This document shows, one piece after another, positions 50,101 to 58,961 of a DNA stretch of 64,000 nucleotides. Within the stretch, counting starts at the first letter, position 1. Each line of letters begins with the position of its first letter. Under the pieces are notes generated by a model. It saw only the letters and a list, made by a program, of their open reading frames with translations, did not search any database and had not been told where the DNA came from. Origin of the DNA: an uncultured Acidobacteriaceae bacterium (GTDB lineage Bacteria > Acidobacteriota > Terriglobia > Terriglobales > Acidobacteriaceae); contig CAVVTL010000021.1 of NCBI GenBank assembly GCA_963751155.1, forward strand, positions 94,713 to 158,712. The letters run 5' to 3'. Both the position numbers and the translations under genes were made by a program.

Positions 50101-51175
50101 TTAGGCGTGATCGTAGAAGCGGAAGAACAGCGCCTGCTTCGATACCGGTTCGGCCTTCTCCACCAACCCTGCCATCTGTTTCTGATTGTAGGGCGTGAAC
50201 TCGCGTGCCAATTGAACGTTGTGCTCCAACTGCGCGACCGAATCGCAACCGATAATCACGGTAGAGACCGGCAGTGACAGCGAGTAGTACATCGCCTGCC
50301 GCATGTCGAGCGTGCCCGGCGTGGGCGCCAGCACCATGCCTTCCCACGAATGTTTCTGCGCCTCGATCGGCGGGGGCGTCCACGAAGACAGAATGCGTCC
50401 GCGCGCCGGGACCTTCATGCCGATAATGCCCATCTGCTTCTCCACCGCCAGCGGCAGCAACTGCTCGCTGAAGCTGTAGTGGTGCGGGTCAGCCGCGTTA
50501 ACGGCCATCAAGATCGTGTCGAACGGGTAGCGATGAATGCAGTCGATCAACGGCTCCGGCCGGAAGTGCCCCGTGATGCCGAGGAATCGCACCATCTTCT
50601 GCTCTTTGGCCTCGAGTAGCGCCTCCATGGCGCCGCCCTTGGCGAAAATCTGCTGCACCTCGTTGTCCGAGCCAACATCGTGTAGCTGCCACAAATCCAG
50701 ATGGTCGGTGTTCAGCAGTTTCAGCGACTCTTCCAGCATCTGCAGCGAACCGGCTTTGGTGCGCTCGCGGGTCTTGCTGGCCAGGAAAGCTTCGCTGCGC
50801 CGCTTCTTCATCACCTCACCGACATAGCGCTCGCTCCAGCGCTGCGGACCGCCGTAAATCGAAGACGTGTCAAGGTAGTTGACGCCGAGGTCAAGTGCCT
50901 TCTCGATGATCGGCACCGCGACGGCGGCATTGTCGGCGCGCTCGATGGCTGCTTGACCGCCGAGGCTGAAGATGCCGACTCGGTAGCCCGTCTTGCCGAG
51001 GTTGCGCGTGGGCATGGCTCCCTGCGTGGCCGGATTCGAAGGCAGCGGCGGCAGCGTCGCGGCCGAAGCCGGAAGCGCCGCTTGACGCGACCAGTCCCGC
51101 GGTAACCGCAGTGCCGGCCTTGAGAAAGTCGCGACGGCTGGTGGAGTTTGAGGAGTTAGAGTCCTTGGGCGTCAT
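50101..51175 (-). pseudogene. Aldo/keto reductase with a twin-arginine (Tat) signal peptide. One frameshift separates the signal from the catalytic domain
   Basis: ATG 51175 gives MTPKDSNSSNSTSRRDFLKAGTAVTAGLVASSGA... The AKR body (ORF 50101..51015, NLGKTGYRVGIFSLGG...) is open upstream to 51170 in a different frame and has no start codon there. Confidence 0.75.
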
Positions 51176-51301
51176 AGTCACCTCGCAAATCAAAATCCGG
51201 GTTTCGAAACCAACGCTGCCAAATCGGTTTTCTAGGTTTGGTGCCAGAATTATACGCCGCGGTTGCCCCGCCGATCCCCGCGACAAATTGACCGCGCGCG
51301 G

Positions 51302-52708
51302 TTATCGCAAACCGAAATAATCCTCGGCATTGCGATAACAGACGCCCTCAATCAGGCTGCCGAGCAACGCTTCATCATCAGGGAGTTGACCTCGCTCAAC
51401 CTCACCGCCGATCAGGTCGCACAAAATCCGGCGAAAATATTCGTGTCTCGGAAACGACATAAATGAGCGGGAGTCAGTGGTCATGCCAACAAATCGAGAC
51501 AACAATCCAGCTCTCGACAGTACATTCAACTGGTCGGCAATGCCGTCTTTCTGATCCAGAAACCACCACGCGGGACCGAACTGCAACGCGCCCGAACTCC
51601 CATCGCTCGCGTGAAAACTGGCCGCCGTGGTGGCAAATACGTAGTTGTCGGCGGGGTTCGAGTTGTACAAGATCGCCCGCGGCAACGCATCTTCTTGCTG
51701 CAATCGATCGAGATACGCGGCAAGCGCCGCTCCTTGTGCCCAGTCGCCGATGGCGTCGAACCCGGTGTCGGGTCCGAGAAGCGCCATCGCCTTCGAACTC
51801 AGATTGCGCTGCGCGCCAAGATGCAACTGCATGACCCAGCCCTTCTCCGCATGGAGACGGCCGAAGAACAACATCAGAAACGATGCAAAGGATTCGTGTT
51901 CGTCGGCACTGACCACGCCGCCGGTGATCGCCTTGGCGAAGGCCTTTTCAGCATCTTGCTCGCGACAGGAAACGGCATAGCAGTGCGACAACCCATGGTC
52001 CGCGGCCCGGCACCCGTGGCGCTCGAAATGGTCGTGGCGCTGCCGCAGCGCGTCGAGAAAAGTCGCCAGGTCGCGTACATCTATATCGCTGGCACTCCGC
52101 AGGCGATCCAGCCACGGCAGGAAGCTTTCCGGCTGGTTGATCTGCAGCGCCCGATCCGGACGGAATGTCGGCAGCATCCGGAAGTGCGAACTGGCGGCCT
52201 GCGCATGCCTTCGGTGCGGACTCAAGTCGTCCACCGGATCGTCCGTCGTGCAGACCACATGCACTCGAAACTTCTCCAGGATCTTCGTGGCGCTCAGTCC
52301 CTGCTGCAGAACTTCGTTGGCGCGCTCCCAGATTGCAGTGGCCGACTTCTCATCAAGCAACTCGATAGTCCTGAAGTAGCGGTGCAGCTCCAAGTGGGTC
52401 CAGTGGTACAGCGGATTGCGCAACGTCATGGGCACTGTGCTCGCCCAGGCGCGAAACTTCTCCTCTGGTGTTGCGTCGCCGGTGCAAAAGCGCTCGGCAA
52501 CCCCATTGGCCCGCATGGCGCGCCACTTGTAGTGGTCGCCCTCCAGCCAGATTTCGGTCAGGTCTCGGAAGCGGTGGTCGTCGGCAATCGCCGCCGCGCT
52601 CAGGTGGGTGTGGTAGTCGAGAATCGGCTGCGGCTCCGCATACTCGTGATACAGGCGCTTGGCCGTCTCAGTGCTGAGGAGGAAATCCTCATTCAGAAAT
52701 GCGGACAT
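51302..52708 (-). CDS. uxaC: Glucuronate isomerase
   Basis: MSAFLNEDFLLSTETAKRLYHEYAEPQPILDYHTHL parallels the E. coli UxaC N-terminus. ATG 52708 is chosen on that basis. Confidence 0.92.
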   Translation of the reverse strand: MSAFLNEDFLLSTETAKRLYHEYAEPQPILDYHTHLSAAAIADDHRFRDLTEIWLEGDHYKWRAMRANGVAERFCTGDATPEEKFRAWASTVPMTLRNPLYHWTHLELHRYFRTIELLDEKSATAIWERANEVLQQGLSATKILEKFRVHVVCTTDDPVDDLSPHRRHAQAASSHFRMLPTFRPDRALQINQPESFLPWLDRLRSASDIDVRDLATFLDALRQRHDHFERHGCRAADHGLSHCYAVSCREQDAEKAFAKAITGGVVSADEHESFASFLMLFFGRLHAEKGWVMQLHLGAQRNLSSKAMALLGPDTGFDAIGDWAQGAALAAYLDRLQQEDALPRAILYNSNPADNYVFATTAASFHASDGSSGALQFGPAWWFLDQKDGIADQLNVLSRAGLLSRFVGMTTDSRSFMSFPRHEYFRRILCDLIGGEVERGQLPDDEALLGSLIEGVCYRNAEDYFGLR

Positions 52709-53213
52709 GCCAACCATGCTCGCCGCTTTTCTTCCGCCGCGCAAGAACACATTTGCCGTGGTTATCCATCACGTGCAAGAGTGACTGAATCGCTTGGAGT
52801 TTCCGCACTCCCGCCGTACACTCACAGTCCGAGGATCAGGGAAAGCTGTCGCCGATGAGATCGATGGCCTGACATTACCCCGCTCCCAAAGTAGGCTTCG
52901 GTTTACCTTGATGGGTCGTGTTCCTTCTCGACGTTTTTTCCATCTTCCTGCCAACACCTCCTTTCGCCCACAAGAATTCCAGCGTAAGTCCTTTAATATG
53001 AGGATTATGCCAGTAAGTCCTGCGCGCACAATATTTTGCGCGGACTACAATCCCTATCTCCAATGGAATGAGGATTTTACAAAAATACCGGGGGAGGGGG
53101 GTGCCGGGTAAAAACCGACCACGTCAGCAACGCCCCCGGCCGTTCACTGGCGAGCACACGCCTCGCCAGATGCGACAATACTCACTAATCTCGCTCATAC
53201 GGGGCCATCGGCA

Positions 53214-54476
53214 ATGGTAATCGGCAAGGGTTTTACAAATCGTAGCCTCACCCACGACGAGATTCACGAAATCGTCCGCCTCGCTGCGCACGACCTGAAG
53301 ATCGCCGCCAAGCGCGTCCTCGTCCTCATCCCCGACGGCACCCGCACCATGCCCATGCCGCTCCTGTTCCAGATCCTGCAACAGGAAATCGGGGCCCACG
53401 CGGCTGCCTGTGATTATCTCGTCGCGCTGGGCACCCATCCTCTGATGCGCGATTCCGAGCTCTCGGACCTACTGGGCCAGCCGGTCGTTAACGGCGCTTG
53501 TGGAACCGCAAAAGTGATCAACCATCGCTGGGACTTGCCCAGCACGTTCGCTGAGTTGGGAGTGATTCCTCAGCAGGAAGTCGCGCGCATTTCCCTGGGA
53601 TTAATGGACGAGGCCATACCAGTACGCATCAACAAGCTGGCGCTCGACTACGATCAGTTGCTGATTTGCGGCCCGGTCTTCCCGCACGAAGTTGTCGGAT
53701 TTTCCGGCGGAAATAAGTACCTCTTCCCCGGAATCGGCGGCCCTGAGATCATCGGTCACACCCACTGGCTCGGCGCACTCATTGGCAGCTACGAGCTTAT
53801 CGGCACGCTGACAACCCCGGTGCGCGAGATGATCGACCTGGCCGCAGCGATGGTAAGCACTCCCGTGGCGTGCCTGTCGCTGGTGGTCAAGCCGGAGGGA
53901 ACGTCCGGAATCTTCTTCGGCACCGCCAAAGAAGCCTGGCAGGCCGCCGCTGAACTTTCCGCACAAACTCACATTCACTGGGTCGATAAGCCGTTTCAGA
54001 AAGTGCTGTCGGTCATGCCGGCGCTGTATGGAGACCTGTGGACCGCGGCAAAAGGGATGTACAAAGTCGAGCCTGCGGTCGCTGACGGCGGAGAAGTGAT
54101 CATCTATGCTCCCCACATCTCCGAAGTCAGCTACACCCACGGTGCCGATATTGACAGGATCGGCTATCACTGCCGTGACTATTTCGTGAATCAATGGCAA
54201 CAGTTCAAGGATGCCCCTCGTGGCGTCCTCGCCCATTCCACCCATCTCTACGGTCAGGGCACATACGATTCGCACACCCAAAACGAGAGCCCCCGCATAA
54301 GCGTCACACTGGCAACCGGCATCAGCGAAGAGCATTGCCGCAAACTGAATCTCGGCTACCTCGACCCTGCCAGCGTGAACCTCGATGACTGGCGCGACCA
54401 AGAGGCCCATGACATCAAGCTGATTCCGCGGGCGGGCGAGACCCTCTACCGGATCAGAACGGCCATCGGCTCCTGA
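53214..54476 (+). CDS. LarA-like (DUF2088, nickel-pincer-nucleotide-dependent 2-hydroxyacid racemase/epimerase family) protein
   Basis: Contains VLIPDGTRT, ALGTHP (His75) and PHEVVGFSGGNKYLFPG (His158, Lys168). These correspond to the catalytic His residues and cofactor-tethering Lys of LarA. Confidence 0.75.
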   Translation: MVIGKGFTNRSLTHDEIHEIVRLAAHDLKIAAKRVLVLIPDGTRTMPMPLLFQILQQEIGAHAAACDYLVALGTHPLMRDSELSDLLGQPVVNGACGTAKVINHRWDLPSTFAELGVIPQQEVARISLGLMDEAIPVRINKLALDYDQLLICGPVFPHEVVGFSGGNKYLFPGIGGPEIIGHTHWLGALIGSYELIGTLTTPVREMIDLAAAMVSTPVACLSLVVKPEGTSGIFFGTAKEAWQAAAELSAQTHIHWVDKPFQKVLSVMPALYGDLWTAAKGMYKVEPAVADGGEVIIYAPHISEVSYTHGADIDRIGYHCRDYFVNQWQQFKDAPRGVLAHSTHLYGQGTYDSHTQNESPRISVTLATGISEEHCRKLNLGYLDPASVNLDDWRDQEAHDIKLIPRAGETLYRIRTAIGS

Positions 54477-55751
54477 ATGTCCACCGACGTCCCGTCCATG
54501 ACAAATCGCCGTTGGATGGTCTGCGCGCTGCTATTCTTTGCCGCCACCATCAATTACATGGACCGGCAGGTCATCGCCCTGCTGAAACCCGTCCTGCAGG
54601 CCCAGTTGGGATGGGACGAAATCGGCTACAGCAACATCGTGCTAGCCTTCCAGACTGCGTACGCTGCCGGTTTGCTCCTGATGGGGCGGACCATTGACCG
54701 GCTCGGCACGAAGAAGGGATTCTCGCTGGCTGTCGTGGTTTGGAGCATAGCTGCTACTGCGCATTCCGCCGCCAGCACGGTATTTCAATTTGCCGCGGCC
54801 CGCTTTGCGTTGGGATTCGGCGAGTCGGGCAACTTCCCTGCCTCCATCAGGGCCGTCGCCGAGTGGTTCCCGAAGAAGGAGCGCGCCCTCGCCACCGGGA
54901 TTTTCAATTCCGGTGCCAACATCGGCGCGGTCGTAACGCCGCTGGTGGTGCCGTGGATTCTGTACCGCTTCGGATGGCAGATGGCCTTCGTTGCCACTGG
55001 CGGCTTGGGCCTGATCTGGCTCATCGCCTGGTTGGTCTTCTATCGGCTGCCAGCCGAAGATCGCCACGTCTCACCGCAGGAACTCGCCTACATTCGGAGC
55101 GATCCGCCCGAAGCACAGGTCGCCAGCGTCCCGCTGCGCGCCATAGTCAGCCACCGCGAAGCCTGGGCGATTGCACTCGGCCGATTGCTTACCGATCCCA
55201 TCTGGTACATCTACCTGTTTTGGGTACCGGACTTTCTAAGCCGCCGCTTTCATCTCAGCCTGCAAGCCATGGCCCTTCCCTTGTTCGTGATCTACACCGG
55301 AGCGACGTTAGGCAGCATCAGCGGTGGATGGGCATCCTCGGCCCTTCTGAAACTCAACTGGTCGCTCAACCGCAGCCGCAAATCCGCTCTTCTCATCTGC
55401 GCCCTCGCAGTCGTACCGGTCGCCGTGGCGCCCATGACGAACCATCCCTGGGTCGCGGTTGCGGTGGTTGCAGTAGCCGCGGGCGCGCACCAAGGTTGGT
55501 CCGCCAATATGTACACACTGGCCTCGGATATGTTTCCCAAGACTGCGGTTGGCACAGTGGTCGGCTTCGGCAGCATGGCTGGAGCCATTGGCGGCATGTT
55601 CGCCGCAAAAGCCGTTGGATACATCCTGCAATGGACGGGCTCCTACTCGACCATCTTCTGGATCGCCGGTTCTGCGTATCTCATAGCCCTCGCCATCGTG
55701 CAGATGCTGGCACCGAACATCCGGCCAGTCGAGGTCGTCGATGCTGCGTGA
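54477..55751 (+). CDS. exuT: MFS transporter, hexuronate (ExuT)-like
   Basis: 12-TM ACS-family pattern with INYMDRQVIALLKP, AEWFPKKERALATGIFNSGANIGAVV and WQMAF. The ATG immediately follows the stop of the preceding gene. Confidence 0.75.
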   Translation: MSTDVPSMTNRRWMVCALLFFAATINYMDRQVIALLKPVLQAQLGWDEIGYSNIVLAFQTAYAAGLLLMGRTIDRLGTKKGFSLAVVVWSIAATAHSAASTVFQFAAARFALGFGESGNFPASIRAVAEWFPKKERALATGIFNSGANIGAVVTPLVVPWILYRFGWQMAFVATGGLGLIWLIAWLVFYRLPAEDRHVSPQELAYIRSDPPEAQVASVPLRAIVSHREAWAIALGRLLTDPIWYIYLFWVPDFLSRRFHLSLQAMALPLFVIYTGATLGSISGGWASSALLKLNWSLNRSRKSALLICALAVVPVAVAPMTNHPWVAVAVVAVAAGAHQGWSANMYTLASDMFPKTAVGTVVGFGSMAGAIGGMFAAKAVGYILQWTGSYSTIFWIAGSAYLIALAIVQMLAPNIRPVEVVDAA

Positions 55752-55770
55752 TCTCGCGACACTGCGACAG

Positions 55771-56547
55771 CTATTGATTCACGCCGCTGGCGAGAAATCC
55801 GCCGTCAACCGTGATCACTTCCCCATTCACGTAGCTCGCAGCCTCGGACGAGAGAAACACCGCCGCCCCGCACAGTTCGTCGACGCTGCCAAACCGCCGC
55901 ATCGGAATCCGCATCAGAAACTCGCGGCCGCGCGCTGTGCCTTCGAGCAGCTGGCGGTTCAGTTCCGTTGGAAACACGCCCGGCGCGATTGCATTGACGC
56001 AGACTCCGCGGTGCCCCCACTCGATCGCCAGAGACTTTGTCAGCGAAACGACCGCGGCCTTACTGGCTGCGTACGCCGCCACCTCATGCAGTGCCACAAA
56101 GCTGGCAACCGACGCAATGTTGACGATGCGTCCGTAGCCGCGCTCCAACATGTGTCGGCCAAACACCTGCGCCGCCCGCAGCGTTCCAGTGAGGTTGGTC
56201 TCGATGATGCTGTTCCAGTCCGATTCGGAAAAATCGAGCGTAGGCGCCCGCTTGGTTTTGCCGGCGCAGTTAACCAGGATATCGACCTTTCCCAAAGCGG
56301 CAACCGTCTCAGCCAAAACCTGCTCGAGGCTGCTGCGATCCATGACGTCCGAAACACAACACAGAGACCGGCGCCCCAGCGACTGAATCTCGCCCGCCGT
56401 CTTCTCAACCAGTTCGAGGCGACGCGAAGTGGGCACCACGTCGGCGCCCGCTTCTGCCAGGCCCAGAGCAATGGCGTGACCAATTCCGCTGGTGCCGCCG
56501 ACAACCACTGCCACCCTCCCCGCAAGACCGAGCCCTCGGTACCCCAT
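55771..56547 (-). CDS. SDR-family oxidoreductase (gluconate 5-dehydrogenase / KduD / fructuronate-reductase-like)
   Basis: Contains GGTSGIG, NCAG and YAASK motifs. ATG 56547 is preceded by GAAGGAGG. Confidence 0.85.
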   Translation of the reverse strand: MGYRGLGLAGRVAVVVGGTSGIGHAIALGLAEAGADVVPTSRRLELVEKTAGEIQSLGRRSLCCVSDVMDRSSLEQVLAETVAALGKVDILVNCAGKTKRAPTLDFSESDWNSIIETNLTGTLRAAQVFGRHMLERGYGRIVNIASVASFVALHEVAAYAASKAAVVSLTKSLAIEWGHRGVCVNAIAPGVFPTELNRQLLEGTARGREFLMRIPMRRFGSVDELCGAAVFLSSEAASYVNGEVITVDGGFLASGVNQ

Positions 56548-56725
56548 CTGTTCCTCCTTCACTTCACGCTCACCGTCTGGCAAGAACTGAATCATATCGA
56601 ACTCGACTCGGATGAGCAGTTGCCAACGATGTCACCACGCCAGAGAGGAAGCCCTTTCTGGCCGTCCTCGACATTCGCGCAAGGCGCAGATATAACTTAC
56701 TTCCATCTCCTTTCGAGGTCTCTGT

Positions 56726-58921
56726 ATGCGGCGTAGGGCTGTATTCGCGATTGTTGTTCTTCTCTGTCAACTCGGGCAGGTTGTTTTAGCTCAAACAAAA
56801 CGACCCATCACCGACAAAGACCTGTTCCGTTTTCAGTGGATCGGCGACCCGCAGGTCTCGCCCGACGGTGCGCGCGTGGTCTTCGTGCGCGTCACGGTCA
56901 ACGAGAAAAAGGACAATTACGACACCTCGCTCTGGATGGTCTCGACCGCCGGCTCCGACGCCCCGGTGCGGCTGACATCGGGCAAGCGGGATTCGCAGCC
57001 GCGGTGGTCTCCCGACGGCAAGTGGATTGCCTTCGTCCGCGGAAGCAGCGAACCACCGAAAGATGGCAAGCCTGCGCCGGCGCAGATTGCGTTGCTCTCT
57101 CTGTCAGGCGGTGAAGCATGGGTGATCACCGACCTGCCGCGTGGCGGCGGAGGTCCGGCGTGGTCGCCCAGCGGTAAGCAGATCGCGTTTACTTCCGACA
57201 CGAACGCGGAAGATATCGCGAAAAGCAAGAAGAAAGAGACCCCGGCCGAACCGGAACGCGAAAGCGACGTGAAAATCATCACACGCGCGGTATACCGCTT
57301 CAATGGCGAAGGCTACCTTGACTTCAAGCACCCCGGCCACATCTGGATCGTCGACGTGCCTGCGAACAGCGACTCCAAGAGCACTCCGAAACAGCTGACC
57401 GACGGCGCGTTCGACGAAGAGTCGCCGACGTTTACTCCGGATGGCAAGCAGATCATCTTCTTCACCGACCGCAATCCCGAGTGGTACTACGAAACTCCCA
57501 AGTCCGAAATCATGTCGGTGTCGACCTCGGGCGGAACGCCTACGAGGATCGCCAAAATCGACATGGGCATCGGCGGCATGGCGGTTTCGCCGGATGGAAA
57601 GCAGATCGTGTTTCGCGCATCAGTGACCAAGCCGATTCAGTCGTACACGCAGCCGGACCTTTGGGTGCTTACTTTGGGCAGCACCACTCCCAGGAACCTG
57701 ACCGCGAACTATGACTTCGATATCGGCAGCGGCGTCTTTGGAGACAACCAGGCCCCGCGGGCTGCCGGAGGACCAAAACCGCTATGGAGCCACAACGGTT
57801 CGCACATCCTTGAAGTCGTAGGCAAGCAGGGTAAGACGATTCTTGCCTCTATCGACGCCACCAGTGGCGAAGTCGTCGAACTCACTAAAGGGGAGCAGGC
57901 GGTCATGCAATTCGGCGCGTCTGCCAATCAGTCGGTCATGGTGGTGAATGTCTCCACGCCAACCATGATTGACGAGTTGTTCGTGCTCGGCAAAGACGGC
58001 GCGCAGCGCCAGATCACCAACATCAACGGCCCACTGTTTTCTGAACTGAATCTTACGCAGCCGGAAGAAATCACCTACACGAGTTTCGACGGCAAGCAGG
58101 TGCACGCCTGGGTGCAGAAGCCGCCCGATTTCGATCCGAAGAAGAAATACCCACTGATCCTGAACATCCACGGTGGCCCGCACGCGGCCTACGGATGGGT
58201 CTTCGACCATGAATTTCAGTGGATGGCTGCCAAGGGCTACGTAGTCCTCTATCCCAATCCGCGCGGGAGCACCACCTACGGACAGGATTTTGGAAACATG
58301 ATCCAGTACCACTATCCCGGCGACGACTACAAGGACCTGATGGCGGGCGTGGATGAGGTCCTCAAACGCGGCTATGTGGACCCGAACAAGTTAGGCGTCA
58401 CGGGAGGCAGCGGCGGCGGCGTGCTGACCGATTGGACCGTCGGCCACACACACCGCTTCCACGCGGCCGTCTCTCAGCGAGATATATCCGACTGGACTTC
58501 CTGGTGGTACACCGCCGACTTCACGCTCTTCCAGCCCAGTTGGTTTAAGGCGCCTCCGTTTGACGATCCCCAGGACTTCATCGAGCGCTCGCCCATCACT
58601 TACATCAAGAACGTCGATACTCCGATGATGTTCATCCTCGGCGACGTGGATTGGCGCACGCCTCCTGGCAGCGGCGGCGAACAGATGTTTCGCGCCCTAA
58701 AGTACATGCACAAGCCAACCGTGATGGTGCACTTCCCTGGCGAGTCGCATGAACTCTCCCGCTCAGGGCAGCCGTGGCATCGCGTCGAGCGGCTCGACCA
58801 TATCGTGGGATGGTTCGACAAATGGCTCGAGGGAGCCTCGATCCCTGCGTACGACATGCCCTCGGATCAGGCGAGCACCGCGCCCGGAGAAGCGACCTCA
58901 GGCGATACGCTGCCCCAATAG
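56726..58921 (+). CDS. S9-family serine peptidase with an N-terminal beta-propeller
   Basis: Signal peptide, TolB-like repeats (SPDG...IAF), the nucleophile motif GGSGGG, and C-terminal Asp/His regions. Confidence 0.88.
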   Translation: MRRRAVFAIVVLLCQLGQVVLAQTKRPITDKDLFRFQWIGDPQVSPDGARVVFVRVTVNEKKDNYDTSLWMVSTAGSDAPVRLTSGKRDSQPRWSPDGKWIAFVRGSSEPPKDGKPAPAQIALLSLSGGEAWVITDLPRGGGGPAWSPSGKQIAFTSDTNAEDIAKSKKKETPAEPERESDVKIITRAVYRFNGEGYLDFKHPGHIWIVDVPANSDSKSTPKQLTDGAFDEESPTFTPDGKQIIFFTDRNPEWYYETPKSEIMSVSTSGGTPTRIAKIDMGIGGMAVSPDGKQIVFRASVTKPIQSYTQPDLWVLTLGSTTPRNLTANYDFDIGSGVFGDNQAPRAAGGPKPLWSHNGSHILEVVGKQGKTILASIDATSGEVVELTKGEQAVMQFGASANQSVMVVNVSTPTMIDELFVLGKDGAQRQITNINGPLFSELNLTQPEEITYTSFDGKQVHAWVQKPPDFDPKKKYPLILNIHGGPHAAYGWVFDHEFQWMAAKGYVVLYPNPRGSTTYGQDFGNMIQYHYPGDDYKDLMAGVDEVLKRGYVDPNKLGVTGGSGGGVLTDWTVGHTHRFHAAVSQRDISDWTSWWYTADFTLFQPSWFKAPPFDDPQDFIERSPITYIKNVDTPMMFILGDVDWRTPPGSGGEQMFRALKYMHKPTVMVHFPGESHELSRSGQPWHRVERLDHIVGWFDKWLEGASIPAYDMPSDQASTAPGEATSGDTLPQ

Positions 58922-58961
58922 GAAGGCGAACTGTGCGGACCTTGTCGGGTTTTGAAGCAGG

